A stretch of DNA of 64,000 nucleotides from an uncultured Acidobacteriota bacterium (GTDB lineage: Bacteria > Acidobacteriota > UBA6911). The stretch covers positions 352,001 through 416,000 of the forward strand of contig CAWEJX010000007.1 in assembly GCA_963809485.1 (NCBI GenBank), read 5' to 3'. The notes under the pieces were generated by a model, which worked only from the letters and a program-made list of their open reading frames with translations, did no database searches and was not told the DNA's origin. Positions within the stretch are counted from its first letter, which is position 1. Each line of letters begins with the position of its first letter. Position numbers and translations under genes: made by a program. Of the stretch, positions 31,474 through 41,778 are shown one piece after another.

Positions 31474-31902
31474 TGTTTACCCCCTCGTCCCGCAACAATA
31501 TGAAACATTTCATTATACCACATCGACGGAATCACTTCATAATTTCCTCTTTATTCAATTAGATGACGAGAAGATAGCGAAGGGTCATACGTTTTTAAAT
31601 GGAATGCCTTCCGAATAGCATGCCCCTATTCAAACCGCCGGCGGAAAGGATTTGGAGCTTCATTCATCAAGTTTCGCCCAATACAGTGACACTCGCCTCT
31701 TCGCAACCCCGGAGATGGATAGCCACGAATCAGAAGCCTGCAAGTAATTTACATAGATATCGAGGAACGGTGGACTTGGCCAATGGTTAAGCCGATTGCG
31801 ATTAATTCTGGTTCCTGGTCGCTTGCTTCTGACACACCTATATCCGGTCAATCCTCCGAATGTCACTCAAAAGTCACTATATTTTCCGGAACAACAATAC
31901 CC

Positions 31903-32679
31903 TTACCTCCCATCATTCAAGTGAACCGCTATACCTCTATCTCTCAGGTACTCCTTGACTTGCCTGACACTTAATATCCGAAAATGAAAGACCGAGGCTG
32001 CCAGCAGAACACTTGCCCCTCCCTTTGTTACCGCATCCGCAAAATCCCCCAGCTTGCCGGCGCCGCCCGAAGCGACGACCGGAAGGTTGACGGCGCAGCT
32101 TATGGCGCAGGTGAATTCGAGATCATATCCTGCCTTGGTTCCATCCCCATCCATACTCGTGGGCAGGATCACACCGGCGCCCAGCATTTCGCATTGTTTT
32201 GCCCAATCCACCGCGTCTCTGCCAACCGGCTGGGTGCCGCCGGAAATCACCAGCTCAAATCCCGATGGCACAATTTGGCTTCGGCGCGCATCAATGGCTA
32301 CAGTGATGCAATCCGAGCCGAATTTTTTCGCGGCTTCGCTGATAAGAGCGGGCCGCTTAACGGCAGCGCTGTTCATGGAAACGCTTTTGGCTCCGGCCTC
32401 GAGGAGCAGCTCGATATCTTCCAGTTCAGATATACCCCCGCCGACTGTCAGAGGTATATGAAGAATGGAAGCGACATTCCTTACCCACTCAATTCGGGTC
32501 TTCCGGTTTTCGAGTGTGGCGGCAATATCGAGCATAGCCAGCTCGTCGGCTCCTTCCTGCTGGTAGAAGAACGCGTTCCCCACAGGGTCGCCCGCATCCA
32601 CCAGGTCGGTGAAGTGAATTCCTTTAACCACACGGCCATTTTTCATGTCGAGGCACGGCATTATCCTGACCGGTTTCAT
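31903..32679 (-). CDS. hisF: Imidazole glycerol phosphate synthase cyclase subunit
   Basis: RIMPCLD..GRVVKG, GDPV, GADEL..LDI, TSMDGDGTKAGYD, ASGGAG, LAASVFH. Confidence 0.95.
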   Translation of the reverse strand: MKPVRIMPCLDMKNGRVVKGIHFTDLVDAGDPVGNAFFYQQEGADELAMLDIAATLENRKTRIEWVRNVASILHIPLTVGGGISELEDIELLLEAGAKSVSMNSAAVKRPALISEAAKKFGSDCITVAIDARRSQIVPSGFELVISGGTQPVGRDAVDWAKQCEMLGAGVILPTSMDGDGTKAGYDLEFTCAISCAVNLPVVASGGAGKLGDFADAVTKGGASVLLAASVFHFRILSVRQVKEYLRDRGIAVHLNDGR

Positions 32680-32744
32680 ACATGCTCCTTCAGTCCAAGT
32701 ATTGGATACCTACTCGGAAAATTGTATATCTGAACAGCTTAAGA

Positions 32745-32840
32745 AATTCAGTTTCCAGTTCAGAGTTCCCAGTTTAAAACTGAAGTGCAACCCTGTACGC
32801 TTCTTTTGTTCTCGAATCCTTCTTCTGACTTCTGACTTCC
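32745..32840. repeat. 7-nt periodic intergenic repeats
   Basis: ttcagtt-tccagtt-cagagtt-cccagtt and ttctgac-ttctgac-ttc. Confidence 0.6.
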
Positions 32841-32992
32841 AAATCCACGGGCGCGGCGTGATGGCTTCGAATTCCATCAATTGGCACGCGCGAGGGGATT
32901 TCATGAGGCGAAGCACTTGGCTGGTTTTTCAGCTTCGGGCGTAGAGAGCTTAGCTCTTAAGGCCGGGAACTCCAAGTTCAAAATCGGAACGC

Positions 32993-34228
32993 TTATTCAT
33001 ATCGAAGCGATTCGATGGGATCCAGCAGTGCGGCTTTGCGCGCGGGCCATACGCCAAAAACAAGCCCGATCGCGACCGAGACGCTCAATCCTGCGGCCAC
33101 AGCCCAAAAGGGAATCTGAGCCGGCAACGACGGCAATAGGGCGACAATGATATAGCTGATGGCCACCGCGAGGATGATTCCGAAAATTCCACCGACTCCC
33201 GTAAGCGTCATGGCCTCGAAAAGAAACTGCAGAACGATATCCTGCCGGGTAGCGCCGATGGCCTTTCGCACCCCGATCTCCCGGGTTCTTTCTGTGACGG
33301 AGACGAGCATGATATTCATGACCCCGATTCCCCCGACCAGCAGCCCGACGCCCGATATCGCAATTGCGATCAGCCCGACGGTTGACGTAATCGAGTCCAG
33401 CTGCTCGATGATGCGGTCGGCCGTGGTGAGATCAAAATCATTGGATTCCGACGGTTTGACTCCCCGGCGCCTGCGCAAAAGGCTCTCGATTTCATCCATG
33501 GCCGTGGAACGCAATCCCGAGTAAGCCTGGATGGTGAGGAAATGCTTGTCTTCCCATGGCATTAGGCGATGAAAGGTGCGGTACGGGACGATGACGGCTG
33601 TGTCCGTGCCGGAGTCAACGAATCCCGTCTTGCTTTTCTCCAGCACCCCCAGGACCGTAAAAGGGTGCCCCTGTATCTGTATCTGCTTCCCAAGCGGATC
33701 CGCCTCCGCGAACATTGCCTCGGCAGCATCTGCCCCAATAACCGCAACCAGCATCCGGTGGGCATCCTCCGCCTCGGAAAAGAAGCGCCCCTTTTCGATC
33801 GTCATGTTCACCACGGACAGATAGTTGGATGGCACCCCAATGAAGCTGGAGGAGCGCAAGCTGTTTCCCTTGTATTTGATCTGGACACGGGAGCCCATGG
33901 GCACTCCCTCCCATGCGACGTCCTTTACGGAAGGGCACTGCTCTTTGATGGCCTGTGCATCCTGGATCGTGAGAGGTTTGCGCTTCATTTCCTCCCGGGA
34001 CCGGCGGCCGATCGAAACCCCGGTGTTCAGGTGAAAGACATAGATATTGTTGGTGCCGTAGCTTTCCAGCTGAGCGACGATGCTCTCTCTCAGGCCGGTT
34101 AAAATGGATGCGATCACGATAACCGTGACCACACCCACGATAATCCCCAGTATGGTCAGGAAAGACCGAAACTTGTGGGCCAATATGGTTTCAAGAGCCA
34201 TGGAAAGATTTTCGCGGTAATTGACCAT
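32993..34228 (-). CDS. MacB-family ABC transporter permease
   Basis: RSFLTILGIIVGV; VGGIGVMNIMLVSVTERTREIGVRKAIGA; LDPIESLRYE. Confidence 0.95.
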   Translation of the reverse strand: MVNYRENLSMALETILAHKFRSFLTILGIIVGVVTVIVIASILTGLRESIVAQLESYGTNNIYVFHLNTGVSIGRRSREEMKRKPLTIQDAQAIKEQCPSVKDVAWEGVPMGSRVQIKYKGNSLRSSSFIGVPSNYLSVVNMTIEKGRFFSEAEDAHRMLVAVIGADAAEAMFAEADPLGKQIQIQGHPFTVLGVLEKSKTGFVDSGTDTAVIVPYRTFHRLMPWEDKHFLTIQAYSGLRSTAMDEIESLLRRRRGVKPSESNDFDLTTADRIIEQLDSITSTVGLIAIAISGVGLLVGGIGVMNIMLVSVTERTREIGVRKAIGATRQDIVLQFLFEAMTLTGVGGIFGIILAVAISYIIVALLPSLPAQIPFWAVAAGLSVSVAIGLVFGVWPARKAALLDPIESLRYE

Positions 34229-34277
34229 AGATGCCCGTTCTCGAAAACGGCGGTTTCCACCGTTCTCCGCTTGCTCC

Positions 34278-35585
34278 TTATTCTCTCATTAGCGCCACAA
34301 TAGGATTTAGCTTGGATGCCTTGTGCGCCGGGTAAATGCCGGATATCACCCCGATGCCGCCTGAAGTCAATAGTGCCATTAAAATATAGCCCAGGGTGAT
34401 ATTCATCGGCACCGGCGTTGTGTTCGCGATGATCAGGCTGATGATGTAGGCAAGCAGGATGCCGATCGCTCCTCCGGCTGAAGCCAAAAGCGCCGACTCG
34501 ATCAGGAACTGCAGCAGGATGTCGCTGCGCTTTGCCCCTACGGCCTTGCGTGTCCCTATCTCCACGGTTCTTTCGGTGACGGTCACGAGCATAATATTCA
34601 TGACCACTATTCCACCCACGATGAGCGAAATAAGAGTTATGGGAGTGATCACCATGGCAATGGCTCCCGTCAGCTGGCCCACCGCGTCCTGAAGGGCGCT
34701 GCTGGCGAGAATGTCGAAATCGTCTTCCTGGTTCGGTCTCAGTTTGTGACGTGCTCTGAGTATTTGCCGGACTTCGTCCTGAGTCGATTCCAGCGCCGCA
34801 GCCGATGGAGCCTTTACCCGGAACTGAATGGACTGACGGGGCCCATATTTCTTCAAAAACGCCGTGTAGGGAATATAAACCTTGTTATCCAGGGACTGCC
34901 CCATCATGCTGCCGTTGCGCACTTCGACGCCGATTACGGTGTAGTCGTCGCCTCCAACCTTGATTTTCTTGCCCAGCGCATCCGCAGAGCCGAAAAGGTC
35001 TTCGCGCACCTGGGACCCGATAATGGCATTGCGCCGGGCAGAAGACACATCAAAACTGGAAATGAAGCGACCCTCCGCAAGCTCCAGTTCCTGGATTTTG
35101 GGCAGGTCCTCGTTTACGCCTGTGATGCTGGCGTCATAAAACGTGCTGCTGCCCCGTTTGACATCATCGGTCCCGTTCAGCGTGGTGGAAATGGCGTCAC
35201 ATCCGTCGCACCTTTCCTCCACTGCCCTCATGTCCGCAGGATAGAGGCTCTTGTTGCGTTTGATGATCTTTTCAAAATCCTCGTTCGATACGTTCACCCT
35301 CGCAAAACGTGCCACAATGAATGCGTTGCTGCCGAATGAGGAAACTACCCGATCCGAAACATAACTGCCCAATCCTTCGATGGCGCCTCCGACCGTAACA
35401 ACCGATGCCACGCCGATAATAATGCCCAGCAGCGTGAGCACGGAACGCAGCTTATGGGCCCAGATTGAATCCACCGCTATGCGGAAGGCTTCCCACAAGG
35501 CAGCCCCGGAGCGCCTGGTTTTTTTTCGTTCCCGCGCTTCCATCATCATTGCCGGGAATTCAAGTTCGGTCGATTCCACATGCAT
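34278..35585 (-). CDS. MacB-family ABC transporter permease
   Basis: RSVLTLLGIIIGV; VGGIVVMNIMLVTVTERTVEIGTRKAVGA; LNPIVALMRE; start uncertain. Confidence 0.95.
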   Translation of the reverse strand: MHVESTELEFPAMMMEARERKKTRRSGAALWEAFRIAVDSIWAHKLRSVLTLLGIIIGVASVVTVGGAIEGLGSYVSDRVVSSFGSNAFIVARFARVNVSNEDFEKIIKRNKSLYPADMRAVEERCDGCDAISTTLNGTDDVKRGSSTFYDASITGVNEDLPKIQELELAEGRFISSFDVSSARRNAIIGSQVREDLFGSADALGKKIKVGGDDYTVIGVEVRNGSMMGQSLDNKVYIPYTAFLKKYGPRQSIQFRVKAPSAAALESTQDEVRQILRARHKLRPNQEDDFDILASSALQDAVGQLTGAIAMVITPITLISLIVGGIVVMNIMLVTVTERTVEIGTRKAVGAKRSDILLQFLIESALLASAGGAIGILLAYIISLIIANTTPVPMNITLGYILMALLTSGGIGVISGIYPAHKASKLNPIVALMRE

Positions 35586-35666
35586 AATTCTTTTCCTACT
35601 GAGCCGGCTCCACGCAGCCAACTTTATTTATACGTTCGAGCATCCCGAAATGTTCTGGCTTTTCAC

Positions 35667-37310
35667 CTACTTGGAAGCAACTTGTTCCTGTGCACGATTC
35701 CCGCCGGTTTTGCTATTTTGGGCCGCGGTCTTTGCGCCCGGTCCGGCGGAATTTTGCGGGGTTTTCGAGGAAGCGGACCTGCTTGAACTCGGGGTTTTGG
35801 CGGAAACCTTTTTCGTTTCTTTTGAGGTTACAGGGCGAGGAGGAACCTGAAGCCACGTTCCTGCAATTATTTTCTTCTTGACGGATATATTGTTGGCTTT
35901 TGCAAGATCATCAACCGAAACGCGATAGCGTGCCGCAATTTTGCTGAGATTTTCACCCCGGCGCACTTTGTGCCGGCCTTCATATTCGGGCACCACCTTG
36001 ATCCTGGCCGCCGGCAGGGAAGCCAGCTGCTCCTGGATCCCGGGATCCACATCCACGGGTACTTTCAGCTGGTAGCCGGGGTAGTTGGCCGGAGTCGTTA
36101 ATCCCCGCAGGGCCGGATTCAGTCTTTTGAGCTCGTCCAGCGAGATGCTCAGGACCTTGGCTGCGGCGCGGAGGTCGATCGGCTTCGACACGGATACTTC
36201 AGTGTACTGAAGCGGCGGATGCAATTCCGTGGGAAAGCCGTATTTTTCGGGATTGCGTCCCAGAATAACGCTGGCCTGGATCAGTGGGACGTGATTCTTA
36301 GTCTCCAGCGGGACTTTTCGCTTCAGATCTATCAACTGCCAGAAGTCGTTGACGCCCGTGTTTTTGATCAAACGCCTGACTTTCCCCTCACCCCAGTTAT
36401 AGGCGGCCAGGGCAAGGTTCCAGTCCTTGAACATATCGAAAAGGTCGTTAAGATATCGGGCCGCAGCGCGCGTTGATTTCTCGGGATCCGAGCGCTCATC
36501 CACGTCGCGCGTCACCTTGAGCCCGTAGCGCACGGCCGTTCCCTTTTTAAATTGCCATATGCCCTTGGCTTTGGCCTTGGAGACCGCTTGAATTTTAAAC
36601 AAGCTCTCGACCTGAGCCAGATACATCAGGTCCAGGGGAACGGATTCCTCCCGGAATACCTTTTCGATGATCGGGCGGTACTGCCCTGAACGTAGCAGGC
36701 CATCCTCGAAGTATCTGCGGCCGCCATTCAGCCAGTAATTCAGGGACTTCATCACCATTTCGTTGATCGTGATCGGGATCTCGTATTTGTGATTTGCCAG
36801 ATCAAGGGCCAGGGCATCCTGAAATGCCGGGTCGACATTTATGGGGATCAGGTCCAGCTTTTCCAGTTCATCCACAACGGCGCTTTCGACCTCATCTTCG
36901 GGCTCGGAAGGCACCAGAAGATAGCGGGATTCATCTTCCTGGATTCGGCGGATCAGGTCCTGAAAAAAACTGTTGAGCATCGGCGTGGAAGCCAGGTCCC
37001 AGTTCGACCGCAGGAGCATGTCCACGGCTTCATTGAAGGACTCACGCGCCTGCTCCGAATCGCCCGACTTAATCTGGTTGGAGCCCTCCAGGTACCTGGA
37101 CCGGGAAGCGCGCATAAGCTCCGAGAGGCCCGCCGGGATATTGGGATTATTCAGGGCATACGGCATTTCAGCCAGCGTCGAGAGCGGCTCTGTCGGTAGC
37201 GCAACAGGACTGAGCCCGCTGACAGTCATTGCAGGCAGGTACAGGCAACAAAAAGCCAGTATCAAATGAACCGGCCAGGGTCTCTTCTTGGTCTTTCGGC
37301 GTATGGTCAT
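35667..37310 (-). CDS. MltD-like lytic transglycosylase with LysM domain
   Basis: YLAQVES catalytic Glu, GIWQF, DERSDPEKST, ALAAYNWGEG, HKVRRGENLSKIA LysM; start uncertain. Confidence 0.92.
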   Translation of the reverse strand: MTIRRKTKKRPWPVHLILAFCCLYLPAMTVSGLSPVALPTEPLSTLAEMPYALNNPNIPAGLSELMRASRSRYLEGSNQIKSGDSEQARESFNEAVDMLLRSNWDLASTPMLNSFFQDLIRRIQEDESRYLLVPSEPEDEVESAVVDELEKLDLIPINVDPAFQDALALDLANHKYEIPITINEMVMKSLNYWLNGGRRYFEDGLLRSGQYRPIIEKVFREESVPLDLMYLAQVESLFKIQAVSKAKAKGIWQFKKGTAVRYGLKVTRDVDERSDPEKSTRAAARYLNDLFDMFKDWNLALAAYNWGEGKVRRLIKNTGVNDFWQLIDLKRKVPLETKNHVPLIQASVILGRNPEKYGFPTELHPPLQYTEVSVSKPIDLRAAAKVLSISLDELKRLNPALRGLTTPANYPGYQLKVPVDVDPGIQEQLASLPAARIKVVPEYEGRHKVRRGENLSKIAARYRVSVDDLAKANNISVKKKIIAGTWLQVPPRPVTSKETKKVSAKTPSSSRSASSKTPQNSAGPGAKTAAQNSKTGGNRAQEQVASK

Positions 37311-37529
37311 GCTGGTTTTTATGCAAGCCTGCGTAATAGCTCTTTCCCGCGCCACTAACCCGGATCCGGAATACATATAATTCAATTCCGGTGAAATGCC
37401 AATGATTTTTCGCAGAAGGTCAGCCCCCGCTTTTTCTTACGCGGCCTTCTCAATTCCCGGCAAAAATCATTCCTCACTGAAGCCCCGACATGCTGTCTTT
37501 CAAGTCCGGATTATGTACCGGACACCGAA

Positions 37530-39194
37530 TTATTTGACCTTATTATGCGCGGCCGGGATTGTCCGCCCTGAGGTCATCAGCAATTTGGCTTCGGGCAGAA
37601 CCTCCAAAGCCTTCAAAACTTGCGCGTCTCCCTGTATGGCAATTTTAAAGCCTTCCTGAAGCCCGAAGGATGACGTGTAAACTTCCTGCTTTATTCGTCT
37701 CTTAATATAATCGACATTATTCCGGATATCCTCGTCAATAAAATCGACGCGCCGGTCACGCAGAAATTGTTTGAAGTCGGCCAGTATGGCATCGGTTATT
37801 TCCAAATTTGGCAATGGATTGGAGGCTTTCCCATCCGGCGCTGCGGCTTCGCTGCCTGTGAAGCGAAAATGACCGGCCGACGGCACCTGTCCCGAAGTGA
37901 GGCGCCGGGCATATTGAAAAAAGATATCCTTCGAGGAAAGGAGCCCCTCAAATCGGTTCAATTCCCGAGCGGGCTCAATAATATCCGGCGTAATGCCTCC
38001 TCCCCCGTAGACCTTGCGTCCGCTGTCCGTATACCTTATTTCCCTGTCCTCTTTGCTATCCGGGACGGAATTGTCACCTTCCATGTAATAATATTCAAAT
38101 GTAGATCCTGAATAGTCGCGCTGGATCAGCCTTCCGCTCGGGGTGTAATACTTGGCGGTAGTGAGGGCCATTCCCGTGTCGTTCGCCAGGGTGTATACGG
38201 ATTGCACCAGGCCTTTGCCGAAACTCGCCTCACCGACAATGAGAGCCCTATCGTGATCCTGAAGGGCGCCGGCGACGATTTCCGAAGCGCTGGCGCTGTG
38301 CCGGTTAATCAAAACCACGAGAGGCACGCCGATCTTGTCCGTACTGGGAGCGCGATAGGCTTTAGCGGATCCCTCCGCTCGCCCCTTGGTGGATACAACC
38401 ATTTCCCCGCGTGGGAGGAATAAATCGGAAATCTCGATTGCCTGGTTCAACAGGCCGCCGGGATTGTCCCGAAGATCGAGGACCAGGCCGGATATGTGGT
38501 TGCTTTCCAATTCTTTAAGCTTGGACCTGAGCTCGTCGGCCGTAGATTCGGAAAAGCGATCGATTTTGACATAACCGACTCCCGGCTTTATCTCGAACGC
38601 GTAGGGAACCGTTACCAGAGGGATCTCATCCCGCTCCACAGTGAGTTGAAGGGGATCTCTCAAGCCTGGCCGCTCGACCGTAATGCTCACCATGGTTCCG
38701 CGCGGTCCGCGCAGGTGATTCACTACTTCATCCGAAGTCCAGTCATCGATCGATTCTCCCTCGATCTTGGAGATAACGTCACCCGCGCGCAGTCCTTTCC
38801 GTTCCGCCGGAGAGCCGATAGCCGGAGGCTCGACAATCACGACTCGGCCCCGATCGCGGAGAAGAGGACGCACGCGAATTCCCAGGCCGAAATATTTGCT
38901 GTGCTGTTCTTCCCGGAGGCGCGAAAACTCTTTGGGATCGAAGAAACTGGAATGGGGGTCCAAAACCCGAAGCATGCCCTTTATGGCGCTGTACACCAGT
39001 TTGTCGGGGCCCACCTTATCCACATAGGTTTGCTGGATTACGTCCAGGGCCTCCGTAAAATTTGTCAGGAATTCGTTGGGTGAAGTGTAATTGGGTGCTC
39101 CGGCCTTTGCCGCAGCCCTGCCTCCCAGCAAACCGCCGGCCAGGGAAGACAGGAGAACAACCAGGATCAAGAGAACGGCAAATCTGTGCTTCAT
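37530..39194 (-). CDS. S41 family C-terminal processing protease (CtpA-like)
   Basis: LDPHS, PDZ GLGI, DLRDNPGGLL, SASASEIVAGALQD, FGKGLVQ, TTAKYYTPSGR. Confidence 0.95.
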   Translation of the reverse strand: MKHRFAVLLILVVLLSSLAGGLLGGRAAAKAGAPNYTSPNEFLTNFTEALDVIQQTYVDKVGPDKLVYSAIKGMLRVLDPHSSFFDPKEFSRLREEQHSKYFGLGIRVRPLLRDRGRVVIVEPPAIGSPAERKGLRAGDVISKIEGESIDDWTSDEVVNHLRGPRGTMVSITVERPGLRDPLQLTVERDEIPLVTVPYAFEIKPGVGYVKIDRFSESTADELRSKLKELESNHISGLVLDLRDNPGGLLNQAIEISDLFLPRGEMVVSTKGRAEGSAKAYRAPSTDKIGVPLVVLINRHSASASEIVAGALQDHDRALIVGEASFGKGLVQSVYTLANDTGMALTTAKYYTPSGRLIQRDYSGSTFEYYYMEGDNSVPDSKEDREIRYTDSGRKVYGGGGITPDIIEPARELNRFEGLLSSKDIFFQYARRLTSGQVPSAGHFRFTGSEAAAPDGKASNPLPNLEITDAILADFKQFLRDRRVDFIDEDIRNNVDYIKRRIKQEVYTSSFGLQEGFKIAIQGDAQVLKALEVLPEAKLLMTSGRTIPAAHNKVK

Positions 39195-39307
39195 AAAGGG
39201 TTGGCTCCGATAGTGGACCTTCCAAGCTTGAAGAGTATAGCATGCGGCGAATTGCCGTGACAATATTCAAAAGAAGTCTTTGAATCCGGAGGGTGCGGCC
39301 ACATGGC

Positions 39308-39336
39308 TTGACTTCCGATTTTTGCTAATCTAGACT
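39308..39336 (+). promoter_or_regulatory. Putative sigma70 promoter of tatAC
   Basis: TTGACT-N17-TAGACT. Confidence 0.55.
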
Positions 39337-39382
39337 TGAACTACAAATATTGGCAGGGAACCGCCGGGAAAGCAGGTGCAGC

Positions 39383-39691
39383 ATGGGCTCTCTTGGGATG
39401 CAGGAAATTATCATTATATTTGTTCTTGCCCTAATCATCTTCGGCCCGCGAAAGCTGCCGGAACTCGGGAAATCGCTGGGAAAGGGCCTCGCCGAATTCA
39501 AAAAGGCTTCCAACGAGCTTAAGCAAACCTGGGAAGATGAGGTAAGGCTCGACAAGGAAAAAGAGGCGCTGTCCGAAATTGTCAAGGACAGCTCAATTCA
39601 GCCATCCGAAATCCTCGGGGATAGCTCAACTCCGCTATCCGAAACCCCTAAGGAAGAAACCAACTCCGTAGGATCAAAAGAAACTCAATGA
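39383..39691 (+). CDS. tatA: Twin-arginine translocase TatA/TatB subunit
   Basis: EIIIIFVLALIIFGPRKLPELGKSLGKGLAEFKKA. Confidence 0.9.
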   Translation: MGSLGMQEIIIIFVLALIIFGPRKLPELGKSLGKGLAEFKKASNELKQTWEDEVRLDKEKEALSEIVKDSSIQPSEILGDSSTPLSETPKEETNSVGSKETQ

Positions 39692-40480
39692 GTGATGAGA
39701 CTGCGGAGTTAAAAGCTGAGAACGGTTCGCAGGAACCGGAAAGCGAATCCGGGAAGATGTCCTTTCTCGAGCATCTCGACGAGCTTCGCAAACGGCTGGT
39801 TCACGTTGCCTGTTTTATAGGGATCGGATTCATTGCCTGCTGGTTTTTTGCAAGGCCAATTTACGACTTTCTGGCAGTTCCACTAGCCAAAGCCCTTCCC
39901 GAGGGAACCAAGCTCGCATATACAAAGCCCACCGATCCATTCACTCTATATATGAAGGTGGCCATGCTGGGGAGCATCTTTTTGACGCTTCCGCTGACCC
40001 TCTATGAAGTGTGGAAATTTATTGCGCCCGGTCTCTATAGAAAAGAAAAGAAATATGTGGTGCCCTTTCTTGCATTTTCGATAATCCTTTTCGTCGGCGG
40101 GGCGGCTTTCTGCTACTACATAGTTCTTCCGGCAGCCTATCAGTTTTTGATAAATCTTGGAGCGTCCTTCACTCCGGTGATCAAGGTCGACGAATACCTT
40201 GATCAGACGAACATGATGCTCCTGGGCTTCGGGCTGATTTTTGAAATGCCTGTCGTGGTGGCCTTCCTTATCGATCTTCGGCCTTGTCAGCGCCGATTTC
40301 CTGTGGAGAAAATTCAAATACGCGATGGTGGGCATCGTTGCGCTGGCCGCCGTTTTGTCGCCGACCGGGGATGCCTTCAACCTGCTCCTATGGTCGGCCC
40401 CAATGGTACTTCTATATATTGTCAGCATTGGAGTTGCAGCCATCCTTGGCTGGAAGCGAAAATCCAAAGGCCTTGTTTAA
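39688..40480 (+). CDS. tatC: Twin-arginine translocase TatC (frameshift near 40268)
   Basis: MSFLEHLDELRKRL, WKFIAPGLY, FGLIFEMP; C-terminus (SPTGDAFN..PMVLLY) in ORF 40241-40480. Confidence 0.95.
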
Positions 40481-40527
40481 AATCTATTTTATGGGATCGG
40501 CAGAAACCTCCTGAAACGCCGCCAATT

Positions 40528-41571
40528 TTACGATTCTCGCGCGAAGTAATCCTGCAGTATTTCAAAAAATTCCTCAGTTGTTCGAGCAGCGTGAATCTGC
40601 GCTCTGAGCCGGGTGCTTCCCGGAAATCCTTTGGACAGATAGCCCCCAGCCCGCTTGATTCTTCCCAGGGCAGCAGGGGCGGGAGAATCCAGGCTCACGC
40701 GCTTCAGGAATCGGATCATAAAATCAGCCTTTTCAGCCGGACCCACCTGTTTTACGGACCTGCCGTTCATGTGGTCCCAGCACTGCCGGATCAACCATGG
40801 ATTGCTCAGGACGCCGCGACCAAGCATAACGCCGTCCACGCCGGTTTGCTCGAACATGCGCACGGCATCCGCCGGATCAAAAACGTCTCCATTGCCCATG
40901 ACCGGTATTTGCGCCTGCTCTTTCACCCGGGCGATTACGCCCCAATCCGAATGCCCGGAAAACAGGTCCGAACGGGTCCGGCCGTGAATTGCCAGGGCTT
41001 CGACGCCGCAGCCTTCGGCCAGCTTCAGCACTTCCACGGCATTAATGGAGTTTCGGTCCCACCCCGAGCGGATTTTGACCGTTAGCGGCACCCGGATTGC
41101 CTTTCGCACCGCTTTAAGAATTTTTTCCATGAGAGGGAGGTCGCGCAGCAGGTTGCTTCCTCCTCCTTGCCTTACAACCTTTTTGACGGGACACCCCAGA
41201 TTAATGTCCACGATATCAGCGCCCATCGCTTCCACCATGGCCGCGGACTCAGCCATACGGACGCTATCGGAACCGAAAATCTGGATGGAAATGGGGCGTT
41301 CTGTGTCTTCGAACCGGGTTAATCGATACGTCCCGGTGTTGTTCCGCCCGGCATTGTTCCGCCCGGCATTGTTCCGCCCGGCATTGTTCCGCCCGGCATC
41401 TTGCCGCCCGGCATCTTGCCGCGTCATTCCTTCGGTGCTGACCAGCTCGGAGACCACCAATCCGCATCCGCCCAGGCCCTTGACAACCTGGCGGAAGAGC
41501 GAATCCGTGTGCCCGGCCACCGGCGCCAGGACGAGCGGAGGCTCAACCACAATGTCGCGGATTTTGAACAT
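40528..41571 (-). CDS. dusB: tRNA-dihydrouridine synthase DusB with in-frame repeat insertion
   Basis: LAPVAG.TD, DINLGCPV, TVKIRSGWD, HGRTR, GNGDV, DGVMLGRG. Confidence 0.93.
   Translation of the reverse strand: MFKIRDIVVEPPLVLAPVAGHTDSLFRQVVKGLGGCGLVVSELVSTEGMTRQDAGRQDAGRNNAGRNNAGRNNAGRNNTGTYRLTRFEDTERPISIQIFGSDSVRMAESAAMVEAMGADIVDINLGCPVKKVVRQGGGSNLLRDLPLMEKILKAVRKAIRVPLTVKIRSGWDRNSINAVEVLKLAEGCGVEALAIHGRTRSDLFSGHSDWGVIARVKEQAQIPVMGNGDVFDPADAVRMFEQTGVDGVMLGRGVLSNPWLIRQCWDHMNGRSVKQVGPAEKADFMIRFLKRVSLDSPAPAALGRIKRAGGYLSKGFPGSTRLRAQIHAARTTEEFFEILQDYFARES
41332..41421. repeat. 6 x 15-bp coding tandem repeat in dusB
   Basis: cccggcattgttccg x3, cccggcatcttgccg x2, cccggtgttgttccg x1; encodes RQDAG/RNNAG/RNNTG. 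Confidence 0.97.
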
Positions 41572-41725
41572 GGATCAATTATATCAGCGCCGGCAACCGA
41601 TGAAGAGAAAAGGCGCGGAGGGGGGACGGTTGCGCGCCGGCACGTCTTCCGTTGACAAATGAGGCGCATGGCGGAGTCAGGGATATTCAAGCGCGTAACA
41701 TATCCCGGAGAGATACACTCGAGGC

Positions 41726-41757
41726 CGGGAGGACGGACTCGAGGACTCGTCCTCCCG
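41726..41757. terminator. Hairpin downstream of sod
   Basis: cgggaggacg / cgtcctcccg perfect 10-bp stem; no U-tract in the sod direction. Confidence 0.4.
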
Positions 41758-41778
41758 TTTCACAATCCAGAAACTAGG

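Noticed and set aside
39016-39024. TTATCCACA DnaA box
   Set aside because: Single copy inside the S41 protease coding sequence
39688-41085. 465-aa TatC with a novel C-terminal extension
   Set aside because: Read-through caused by the frameshift near 40268; the extension is antisense to dusB
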